Part shown: positions 16,387-24,007 of the stretch, one piece after another | Numbering within the stretch: the stretch's first letter is position 1 | Layout: every line of letters starts with the position of its first letter | NCBI GenBank assembly: GCA_964645655.1 | Contig: CAZXZS010000001.1 | Coordinates: forward strand, 478,021-542,020 | DNA length: 64,000 bases | Direction: 5' to 3' | From: an uncultured Gammaproteobacteria bacterium | GTDB taxonomy: Bacteria > Patescibacteriota > Patescibacteriia > 2-12-FULL-60-25 | Translations under genes and position numbers: made by a program | The notes under the pieces: generated by a model | The model's input: only the letters and a program-made list of their open reading frames with translations | Databases searched by the model: none | What the model was told of the DNA's origin: nothing

Positions 16387-18261
16387 ATGCAGATTTACGA
16401 ATCCTCCAAGGAAGCCTTCATTGACGTCGTCCGCGGCGGTAAGATCGACCAGGTCCTAATCGATTTTTATTATAAGGCAACCGGCAAAATGGTGGGCAAG
16501 GCCGAACAGGAATCATGGAAGAAATCCATGCGATATATGCGGGACGTGCTACGCGATCGGGAGATCCCTGCGGATGCGGGCGTGTCGATCGAATACCATA
16601 TCCCGCACACGTCGATGCGGGTTGACTTCATCTTGACCGGGCAAGACGTGGCCGGGATCGACCACGCCCTATTGATCGAGTTGAAGCAATGGTCTGAGGC
16701 TCAGCTTTCTCATAAGGACGGGATAGTCAGTACGAAATTTTTTGGAGAGGTGAGCCACCCATCGTATCAAGCCTGGTCCTATGCTGCCCTCTTGCAGGGA
16801 TTTAGCGAGACCGTGGAACAGCAGAGCGTTCAGTTGAAGCCATGCGCGTACCTGCATAATTACATCAGCGATGACGTCATCAAGAATCCGGTTTACGGGG
16901 AATACCTGGCCAAGGCGCCCGTCTTTCTCGAGGGGGATGAGGAAAAGGAGAAGCTGCAGGCCTTCATTAAGCGATTCGTTCATCGTGGCGACAAAACGCG
17001 TCTCATGTACCGGATCGATGGCGGAAGATTCAGGCCCTCTAAAGGACTCGCTGAAAGCCTCGCTCGCATGCTGGAAGGCAACAAGGAATTCATCCTGATC
17101 GACGAGCAGAAAGTGGTTTACGAAACGGCCCTAAGTCTGGCGAAGGAGTCTTCTGCAGAGAACAAGAACGTCCTGATTATCCGCGGGGGTCCCGGAACCG
17201 GGAAGTCGGTTGTCGCGATCAATTTGCTGGTTGCTTTGACGAAGCTTCGTCTTTGGACCCAGTACGTAACCAAGAATCTTGCGCCACGAGCTGTCTTTGA
17301 ATGCATGTTGACGGGAAAAATGACCAAGACCGAGATCGCTAGCCTCTTCGCCGGCTCCGGTTCGTTTACCGAGGCCCCAAAGAACGCTTTCGATGCGCTC
17401 GTCGTGGATGAGGCGCATCGCCTGAACGAGAAATCCGGCATCTTCAGGCATCTTGGCGAGAACCAGATCAAGGAGATCGTCGAAGCATCAAAATTCTCTG
17501 TTTTCTTTATCGATGAAGACCAGCGGGTCACCTGGCATGATATCGGAGAGGTGGGGGAGATCAAGCGGTGGGCGACGGTTTCTGGGGCGAAGGTACAGGT
17601 CATGGATCTTTCCTCCCAATTTCGCTGTAACGGGTCCGATGGGTATCTCGCATGGCTCGACGACACGCTCCAAATTCGGGAAACGGCCAATCCGGTCCTT
17701 GATGTGAAGGAATACGATTTTCAGGTCGTCGATTCACCCACCCAATTGCAAGAGCTTGTATTTAAGAAGAACAGAGAAAAGAACCGAGCGCGTATGGTCG
17801 CCGGCTATTGCTGGGAATGGGTGAGCAAGAAGAACAAGGCGCTCCTGGATATCCGCTTTCCCGAGCATGGATTTGCAATGCGCTGGAATCTGGAGAGCGA
17901 CGGCGGTCTCTGGATCTTGGGCCGTGATTCCGTAAACGAGGTTGGGTGCATCCATACGTGCCAAGGGCTTGAAATGGATTATGTTGGCGTGATCGTTGGA
18001 CCCGATCTGATCGTCCGAAACGGGAATATCCTGACCGTCCCAGAGAAGCGCGCCAAGTCAGATGCTTCGATCAAGGGCTACAAGACCTTGCTTGCAAAAG
18101 ATCCGGGTCAGGCCGCCAAGAAGGCCGATGCGATTATCAAGAACACCTATCGAACCCTCATGACGCGCGGTATGAAGGGTTGTTATGTGTATTTTACGGA
18201 TAAGGAGACAGAGGAGTATTTCAAGAATCGCGCGCGCCCGCGGGTACTTGGAGGGTGGTAG
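16387..18261 (+). CDS. DUF2075-type ATPase/helicase with N-terminal PD-(D/E)xK-like nuclease motif (Nhi/Schlafen-helicase-like)
   Basis: N-terminal RVDFILTG...LLIELKQW. Walker A GGPGTGKS, Walker B VVDEAHRL, C-terminal TYRTLMTRGMKGCYVY. The start lies 2 nt after the MazG stop. Confidence 0.85.
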   Translation: MQIYESSKEAFIDVVRGGKIDQVLIDFYYKATGKMVGKAEQESWKKSMRYMRDVLRDREIPADAGVSIEYHIPHTSMRVDFILTGQDVAGIDHALLIELKQWSEAQLSHKDGIVSTKFFGEVSHPSYQAWSYAALLQGFSETVEQQSVQLKPCAYLHNYISDDVIKNPVYGEYLAKAPVFLEGDEEKEKLQAFIKRFVHRGDKTRLMYRIDGGRFRPSKGLAESLARMLEGNKEFILIDEQKVVYETALSLAKESSAENKNVLIIRGGPGTGKSVVAINLLVALTKLRLWTQYVTKNLAPRAVFECMLTGKMTKTEIASLFAGSGSFTEAPKNAFDALVVDEAHRLNEKSGIFRHLGENQIKEIVEASKFSVFFIDEDQRVTWHDIGEVGEIKRWATVSGAKVQVMDLSSQFRCNGSDGYLAWLDDTLQIRETANPVLDVKEYDFQVVDSPTQLQELVFKKNREKNRARMVAGYCWEWVSKKNKALLDIRFPEHGFAMRWNLESDGGLWILGRDSVNEVGCIHTCQGLEMDYVGVIVGPDLIVRNGNILTVPEKRAKSDASIKGYKTLLAKDPGQAAKKADAIIKNTYRTLMTRGMKGCYVYFTDKETEEYFKNRARPRVLGGW

Positions 18262-18294
18262 GTTGACGCACTATCGACTTCTCTTAACCCCCTT

Positions 18295-18323
18295 TTGACG
18301 CCCCTCTCCCCAGGGCATACCGT
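18295..18323 (+). promoter_or_regulatory. sigma70-like promoter TTGACG-17-TACCGT
   Basis: Upstream of 18360. Confidence 0.4.
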
Positions 18324-18359
18324 TTGGGCATCAAGCGCCGCGCTTTTCTCCCACCTCCC

Positions 18360-19682
18360 ATGAATCTCCGTTCCGCCCTGCGTACCATCTCCTCTCGCAA
18401 GTACGTCGTTGTCGCCCTTCTCTTTCTCGCCGCGCTTTCTTTCCGCGCCCCCACCGCCCTCGCCGCTGGCAACGGCGCCTGTTCCGGCCACGGTGGTGTC
18501 GACTGTTCCGCGGGTGCCGACTACGACGGCTCCGTCATCTGCTTCGACGGCTGGACCAACAGTTCCGTCTCCTTCCGTTCCGTCGAGATGTGTCGCGGGC
18601 AAGCGGAATCAGTGACCTGTACGCTTCCAGAAGCCACCGGCTGCAAGACCGAGCTCGACTATCTCCGCCTCAAGGTCCAGGCGGACGCGCCTGGGGCGAC
18701 GGCAAGTGCCCTCTCCGTTTCCGAACGGCTTTCCCTTTGTCGAGCGGAGATCCGTCTCTTCCAAGCGCGTGCGCGTCTCTATAACCTCTGCCTCGAAGCA
18801 AAGAATCCGCGCTTGAGCTCGTCCGCTTCCGCAAACGCGACGGTTGGCTGCATGCTCTCCCTAGGCCTTCATGCCAAGGTCGGTTCCTCGCCCGGCACGT
18901 GCGCGTGTGACGCCGGCTATGCGTTTAATGAGGCGAAGGATACCTGCGTCTACGATCTCCATGACTGGCCTGAACATCTCCTTGAGGCATCCTCGCGCCT
19001 TGGAGGCGGCACGTTTGGGGGTCCGGTCCAACCGGATGCCGCTGGCGTCTGCCCCGAATTCTCCTCGATCCGCGACTCGTCCGGCGCCTGCCGCTGTAAT
19101 GATGGGTTCTTCGGGGTCTTGAGTACCTGCGTGGTTTCGCCCGTGTATTGCCAATTGCGCCACGGCCTCAATGGGGAGTGGGATGCCTATCGCAAGCAAT
19201 GCGCCTGCAAGGAGGGGTTCCAGCTTGATCCGCTGACAAATCGGTGCGAGTCCATCGCGGAGGCTTGTACGGCCCGCTATGGCTTGCAGGCTTCGATGCG
19301 CGGCGGCGCGTGCGCGTGCGTAGAAGGCGCGTCGATCGATCCGCTGACGGGGAAGTGCGAATCCATGCTCGTTCTTTCCCGCCGGAACCAGCCGGCTCCC
19401 GCCGTTTCCGTCGCTCCCGCTCCAGCCGTACCCCCTGCGCCGGTGAGCGTTTCTTCGCCTGTCGTTCCGGCGACCGTTCCTACCAAGCCTGCCTCGCGCT
19501 ATTTCGTCGGTGTTCCAAAAACCAAGCAGGATCTCCTGAATTGCCTCGTCGTCGGCAATGCCGCCAAAAAGCTCTACCACCTCCGCGGTAGCGCCATGAT
19601 CAAGGCGATGGCGCCCGCCGGCAAAGCCTGTTTCGCTACGGAATCTGCTGCCAAAGCGAAAGGCTTGAAAAAAGGGAAATGA
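18360..19682 (+). CDS. secreted or anchored Cys-rich protein with EGF-like CxCxxG[FY] repeats
   Basis: ATG 18360; the ORF-track TTG 18324 falls at the predicted transcription start. Signal/TM segment VVVALLFLAALSF. Repeats CACDAGYAF, CRCNDGFF, CACKEGFQLDPLTNRCE, CACVEGASIDPLTGKCE. Confidence 0.65.
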   Translation: MNLRSALRTISSRKYVVVALLFLAALSFRAPTALAAGNGACSGHGGVDCSAGADYDGSVICFDGWTNSSVSFRSVEMCRGQAESVTCTLPEATGCKTELDYLRLKVQADAPGATASALSVSERLSLCRAEIRLFQARARLYNLCLEAKNPRLSSSASANATVGCMLSLGLHAKVGSSPGTCACDAGYAFNEAKDTCVYDLHDWPEHLLEASSRLGGGTFGGPVQPDAAGVCPEFSSIRDSSGACRCNDGFFGVLSTCVVSPVYCQLRHGLNGEWDAYRKQCACKEGFQLDPLTNRCESIAEACTARYGLQASMRGGACACVEGASIDPLTGKCESMLVLSRRNQPAPAVSVAPAPAVPPAPVSVSSPVVPATVPTKPASRYFVGVPKTKQDLLNCLVVGNAAKKLYHLRGSAMIKAMAPAGKACFATESAAKAKGLKKGK

Positions 19683-19816
19683 GCTACCCATTTCGCCTTT
19701 CCTTCAAAACAGAAAAGCACCCCCGCGAGGTTCCGCAACGTTCGACGTTGGGGCCTCGCCTGGGTGCCAGGTGACGCCGTAGGGCGTCTTTGGTTTACTC
19801 CCCTCCGTCGATGAGG

Positions 19817-20647
19817 TCAGGTCTCGCTGCGGTGCTTCTCGAGCGCGGCGGCGATGTGGTCCGCGCGCCCCTCGAAGGACGGCGCGCTACGGCAGGCCGC
19901 GATGGCGATCTCGAGCTCCTTCCCGTTGCGCAGGACGGAGTCGCCCCATGCGCAGCCGACCATCCGGCAGGGGCAGTAGGCGAGGCCGAGGACGTCGCTA
20001 TCCACGCTGACATCGCCCTCGTCGTTGACGGTGAGGCACTCGACGAACGTCGTCTCCCGTCCCGTCAGCTCCTCGTCCGCGTCGATGCGCCGGTACCGGA
20101 CCATGCCGTTCTCGACGCCCGTCACGTACCCGTTGTCGGTGTCCTCGAATTCCAGCAGGACCACGTCCGGCCGGAAGGCGAAGACGTGCCGCGGGTTTCC
20201 GATGGTCTTGCGTCCGAAGCCTTCCCCCCACTGGGGGAGCCACTCCGGCACCTCCGCCTGCAGGAGGCTCACGGCCTCCGCTGGGAGGTCGGCATCGCCG
20301 TGCGCCGGTCCGTTCAGGCGGACCGTCAGGCGACCCTCCGGTTCGCGCTGGACGATGAGCACGTACCAGTTCTCGTCGATCGTCCCGGCGTACGGGGCGA
20401 GGAGCGTGCGCGCGCGCCGGTAGCTGGCCGCGCGTGCGGCCCTCTCGTGCGCCTGGTTGATCCAGATCCGGATCTGCCGGTCCGGGTACTCGGCATACTG
20501 CTCGAACAGGCGCTCGACACGTGTGGCGGTCGGCTCCTTCGGCGTCTCCGCGCCGGCCTCGGCTGCCACCAGTTCGGCGATCAGGGCGCGCCGGGCCTCG
20601 TGGCTGGTGTCCGCGGTCGTCGTGGGGTCGATGATCGTCTTGTTCAT
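19817..20647 (-). CDS. hypothetical protein
   Basis: ATG 20647 (MNKTIID...). Strong promoter upstream at 20752-20780. No motif recognised. Confidence 0.6.
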   Translation of the reverse strand: MNKTIIDPTTTADTSHEARRALIAELVAAEAGAETPKEPTATRVERLFEQYAEYPDRQIRIWINQAHERAARAASYRRARTLLAPYAGTIDENWYVLIVQREPEGRLTVRLNGPAHGDADLPAEAVSLLQAEVPEWLPQWGEGFGRKTIGNPRHVFAFRPDVVLLEFEDTDNGYVTGVENGMVRYRRIDADEELTGRETTFVECLTVNDEGDVSVDSDVLGLAYCPCRMVGCAWGDSVLRNGKELEIAIAACRSAPSFEGRADHIAAALEKHRSET

Positions 20648-20751
20648 GTTCGGTGTCCGTTTCTCTTGGGCGTCATCTCCCCGATACCCCTTTTTCTTGC
20701 CGGTATGGCGGGATGTCCGGGATCGGAACAGGGCTTTTGTGGGAACGAATG

Positions 20752-20780
20752 ATTCTAGCAAGGAAGTTGAGATTTGTCAA
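20752..20780 (-). promoter_or_regulatory. sigma70-like promoter TTGACA-17-TAGAAT
   Basis: Minus strand, upstream of 19817-20647. Confidence 0.55.
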
Positions 20781-20868
20781 GCTACACCTAAGCCCTTGAA
20801 TGTCGATCATCCGTTGACGAATGACTTATTTTTTACCTAAACAGAGTTTATTTTACCCCGCCTCATCC

Positions 20869-20950
20869 TTGACATCCCACCCGCCACCTGCTACCCTCCC
20901 ACATCCCCGGAGCCGCCCTCTAGGCGCCTTCTCCGGGGCTGGAGGATCCC
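20869..20950 (+). promoter_or_regulatory. promoter TTGACA-17-TACCCT plus conserved leader hairpin and RBS (cassette A)
   Basis: Hairpin CCCCGGAG (20905-20912) / CTCCGGGG (20931-20938). GGAGG at 20941-20945. ATG at 20951. Confidence 0.5.
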
Positions 20951-21844
20951 ATGCTCGACCAGCTCATTCGTGAGAACGACCTCGTCCGCATCCGCATCGG
21001 CCCCGACGACCGGGCCGGGGGGTACGACCCCTGTCCCGACGGGACCGAGGCGACGGTCACGGGCTTCGAGGAGACGCTCGTCCCACGCCTCCGGCACTGG
21101 GGCCAAAAGCCCGGTGTCTACCGCAACCGCGCCCAGGCCCGCCTCCGCTTCGCGGACGGCGCGGAACAGGTCATCGCGTCCCGCTGCCTCTCCCTCGCCG
21201 ATCGTGGTGAGGAGGCGCGCCGCCAGGAGACGCTCCTCGGGCCCGACGCCGAGAAGGCGACGCGGCAGCCGGACTTCCTCCGCGACCTGCCCGACACGCC
21301 CTTCTGGGAGGGGGACTACGTCCGCTTCCTGCATCCGCGCATGAGGAACGCGTTTCCCTACCTCAAGCCGCCCGGCCGTCCCTATGGCTGTGCCCAGGTT
21401 TCCCTCATCAACTACGGCTGGCACGGCGATCCGGCTTCCCCGACGGGCAAGTCCGACATGTACAGCATCTCTGCCGGGCTCCAGGGCGGGGCCTCCGTGA
21501 TCGTCGCCGAGCGCTCCCTCGGCCTCGTGGAGCGCGGTCCGGTGTGGAAGCACTTCCATGGCGAGCGCATCCGCTTCGCGGACCTTCGTGAAGAAGCGGA
21601 GTTCTACGCCCTGCTCGGTCTCGTGACGGAGGTCGCCAATCCCCGTTCCGGGATCTACGACTGGACCTTCAAGGGCCTGCTCGGCGCGATCAGGGAGGGC
21701 CTCGTGGACGGCCTGATGGGCGGCTTCCGTCTCGACCCCTCGGGTCCGGCCAAGGGCGAGCACCTCACCGCGCTCCGGTACCACGACCGCGACCTCGGCC
21801 GCCGCGTCGCCCAGGCGATGCTGCGCGCCCACGCGAAGCCGTGA
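20951..21844 (+). CDS. hypothetical protein, cassette paralog A
   Basis: ATG 20951 after GGAGG. Shares KPGVYR and FLRDLPDTPFWEGD with 22046-22987. Flanked by the conserved leader and the identical terminator module. Confidence 0.65.
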   Translation: MLDQLIRENDLVRIRIGPDDRAGGYDPCPDGTEATVTGFEETLVPRLRHWGQKPGVYRNRAQARLRFADGAEQVIASRCLSLADRGEEARRQETLLGPDAEKATRQPDFLRDLPDTPFWEGDYVRFLHPRMRNAFPYLKPPGRPYGCAQVSLINYGWHGDPASPTGKSDMYSISAGLQGGASVIVAERSLGLVERGPVWKHFHGERIRFADLREEAEFYALLGLVTEVANPRSGIYDWTFKGLLGAIREGLVDGLMGGFRLDPSGPAKGEHLTALRYHDRDLGRRVAQAMLRAHAKP

Positions 21845-21845
21845 C

Positions 21846-21901
21846 GGCCCGTCGGGCGCATTCGCCCCAGCTCCGCTGACGCTCGTCGGCGGTTTTTTGT
21901 T
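21846..21901 (+). repeat. 56-bp identical post-ORF module (includes terminator), copy 1
   Basis: GGCCCGTCGGGCGCATTCGCCCCAGCTCCGCTGACGCTCGTCGGCGGTTTTTTGTT, identical at 23001-23056. Confidence 0.85.
21873..21898 (+). terminator. intrinsic terminator (cassette A)
   Basis: CCGCTGAC / GTCGGCGG stem (one G-T pair) plus T6. Confidence 0.6.
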
Positions 21902-21963
21902 GTGCGGCGGAAAAATGGTCTCGAAATATTCGCAAATATTAGCCAAAAATCCTCACTGCCCCC

Positions 21964-22045
21964 TTGACACGCCTCTCATTTCCTGCTACCCTCCCATATC
22001 CCCCGGAACCGCCCGCAAGGCGCCTCCTCCGGGGCTGGAGGCTCC
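21964..22045 (+). promoter_or_regulatory. promoter TTGACA-17-TACCCT plus conserved leader hairpin and RBS (cassette B)
   Basis: Hairpin CCCCGGA (22001-22007) / TCCGGGG (22028-22034). GGAGG at 22037-22041. ATG at 22046. Confidence 0.5.
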
Positions 22046-22987
22046 ATGATCCCCCAATTCGTCGAACTCAACGACCGCGTGTTCCTGGCTCCGCAGGCCA
22101 ACAGCCCCTGGGAGCGCCCCGACCCCATGTGGCCCCGGGCGACCGTCGTCGGGTTCCGGGAGACCTGCTTCGGCTACTTCCGGCGTACGGGCGTCAACGG
22201 CCTCAAGCCTGGCGTCTACCGCGACCGGGGCATGCTCCTGATCCGCCTCGACGGCAGCGACACCGTCCGACCGTGCGGCGCGGAGTGCCTGGCCCACGCC
22301 GATCCCATGCGATACCGGCTGCGGCTCTGCGATTTCCGCGTGGGCCAATCCAGGGCGGAGATCCTCCGCGACGACTTCCTCCGTGACCTGCCCGACACGC
22401 CCTTTTGGGAGGGGGACATCGTCCGTTCCGTCAAAGGCCCCCTTTACGATGACGAGCTGCTTCTGGCGCGGGTCGTCGCGATCGACTACGGGAGCCTCGT
22501 CGCCTCTTCGAAGGAGACCGAGAGGGCTCCCGCCTACGTCCTCGGCGGCAATGTGAATTGTGACATGCTTGAGGGCGCGTTCCCGGCCGACGCCATGGCG
22601 CTCGTCCGCCGCGGCCCGGTCTGGAAGCGCGCCCACGGGGAGGAGGTCACGTTCCCCGACGTCCTGGCCGAGACCGAACTCGCCCTGCAGCTCGGCGCCT
22701 TCGACCGGGTCTTCCTGCCCGGCCGCCAGGAGTATTCCGATGACGAGGCGGCCAGGTACGTCGCCGAGGGGTACGCGGACGGGGTCATCTCGGGCCTGGC
22801 CGCGCGGGCGCTCGGCTACGCGGGCGACGGCAAGGCCCGGTACGCCTACGTCTATGGGCTCCCGCACAATGCGGAGGCGCGCACGAAGCTGCGGCTGCCC
22901 TGCAACGCCGGGATCTTCCGCCTCCACGACCGCGACCTCGCTCGCCGCTACGCCCGCGCCACGTTCGAGGCAGGCATGAAGGGTTAG
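22046..22987 (+). CDS. hypothetical protein, cassette paralog B
   Basis: ATG 22046 after GGAGG. Paralog of 20951-21844 (DDFLRDLPDTPFWEGDIV, RGPVWKRAHGE, HDRDLARR). Confidence 0.65.
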   Translation: MIPQFVELNDRVFLAPQANSPWERPDPMWPRATVVGFRETCFGYFRRTGVNGLKPGVYRDRGMLLIRLDGSDTVRPCGAECLAHADPMRYRLRLCDFRVGQSRAEILRDDFLRDLPDTPFWEGDIVRSVKGPLYDDELLLARVVAIDYGSLVASSKETERAPAYVLGGNVNCDMLEGAFPADAMALVRRGPVWKRAHGEEVTFPDVLAETELALQLGAFDRVFLPGRQEYSDDEAARYVAEGYADGVISGLAARALGYAGDGKARYAYVYGLPHNAEARTKLRLPCNAGIFRLHDRDLARRYARATFEAGMKG

Positions 22988-23000
22988 GCCGTCCTGGTCT

Positions 23001-23056
23001 GGCCCGTCGGGCGCATTCGCCCCAGCTCCGCTGACGCTCGTCGGCGGTTTTTTGTT
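23001..23056 (+). repeat. 56-bp identical post-ORF module, copy 2
   Basis: Identical to 21846-21901. Confidence 0.85.
23028..23053 (+). terminator. intrinsic terminator (cassette B)
   Basis: Identical to 21873-21898. Confidence 0.6.
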
Positions 23057-23095
23057 TTTCGCGGGTAAGCGGTTCTGCTGCGATGGGTCCAGCCC

Positions 23096-23124
23096 TTGAC
23101 GAAACCACCTTTTTCCGGTATCTT
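23096..23124 (+). promoter_or_regulatory. sigma70-like promoter TTGACG-17-TATCTT
   Basis: Upstream of the CPBP gene. Confidence 0.45.
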
Positions 23125-23186
23125 CTGTCATCCCTTTTGGGACCGGTCCCTTCAACCCGCCGCCTCCATCTCCCGCAGGAGCTCCC

Positions 23187-23870
23187 ATGCCGCACCTGAT
23201 GGCCGTCGCCAAGTTCGTTCTCGGCGTTTTCGCGCTTGCCAGCGTCGTGCAGACGCTGTACCGCTTCCGCACCGTGCTCCACCTGATCCCCGAAGTCTGG
23301 AAGCGGTTCACGGTCCGCGGCTTCCTCGCTTCATTCGCGGTCGTCGTCCTGACGGCGGGGGTCGGATGGCTCCTGTCGTTCGTGCCCGGCCTCGATCGTG
23401 GCTGGGCGAGCCTTGTCTTCGGAGGTGCGGGAGGCAACGTGCTCTTCGAGCCGATCTCCGACCTGTCGCGTTCGGGGTCGCTGCTCGTCCGACTTGCCGT
23501 CCCGCTCTACTTCCTGGCCATCATCGCCATCCTGCCCCTCTGGGCGATGGTCGAGGAGGTTGCCTTCCGCAAAGGGCGCAACGATTGGCGGTCGATCGCC
23601 CGGTCATCCGCATGGTTCGGCCCGCTCCACTGCCTCTGCGGCATCCCGCCGGCCTTCGGGCTCGCCCTGATCTTGGCGGGCGCGTTCTATGGCTCCGTCT
23701 ACAAGCGCGCCTACGAACGCTGCCTCGCCGAGGCCCCGGGCGGACACGTCACCGAGGAGATCCGGTCCGAGGCGGAATATGAGGCGATCTTCGCCAGCAC
23801 GGTCGCGCACACCCTCTACAACCTCATCCCCGCGACGTTGGGGCTCGTCTACGCGCTCGCTCGGGTCTAG
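23187..23870 (+). CDS. CPBP family intramembrane metalloprotease (CAAX/Abi-like)
   Basis: Motifs EEVAFR, FGPLH and HTLYN in a multi-TM protein. Confidence 0.75.
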   Translation: MPHLMAVAKFVLGVFALASVVQTLYRFRTVLHLIPEVWKRFTVRGFLASFAVVVLTAGVGWLLSFVPGLDRGWASLVFGGAGGNVLFEPISDLSRSGSLLVRLAVPLYFLAIIAILPLWAMVEEVAFRKGRNDWRSIARSSAWFGPLHCLCGIPPAFGLALILAGAFYGSVYKRAYERCLAEAPGGHVTEEIRSEAEYEAIFASTVAHTLYNLIPATLGLVYALARV

Positions 23871-24007
23871 TCGCCCCGCGTCCCGCACGGGCGGGCGACG
23901 CTCATCGGCCTAGGGCCGTTTTTTCTTACAAAAAAAGAGCCCCATCCCTTTCGCGGACGGCGCCATGCGGGCGCCGTCATGCGTGGGGGAGGAGCTTGGA
24001 GGAGGGA

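Larger units (their letters stand above)
14647..18290. mobile_element. AT-rich genomic island abutting the 3' end of tRNA-Ser(GCU); no integrase (probable decayed or composite integrated element)
   Basis: Base composition drops abruptly right after the tRNA CCA end. High GC returns just after the DUF2075 stop (18261) and before the host-style promoter at 18295. The right boundary is not resolved. Confidence 0.45.

Noticed and set aside
21846-23056. Integron-style attC sites as the explanation for the identical 56-bp post-ORF modules
   Set aside because: The module is a simple GC hairpin plus T-run (a terminator). It lacks the R/L box symmetry of attC. No integron integrase is present, and each cassette has its own promoter.
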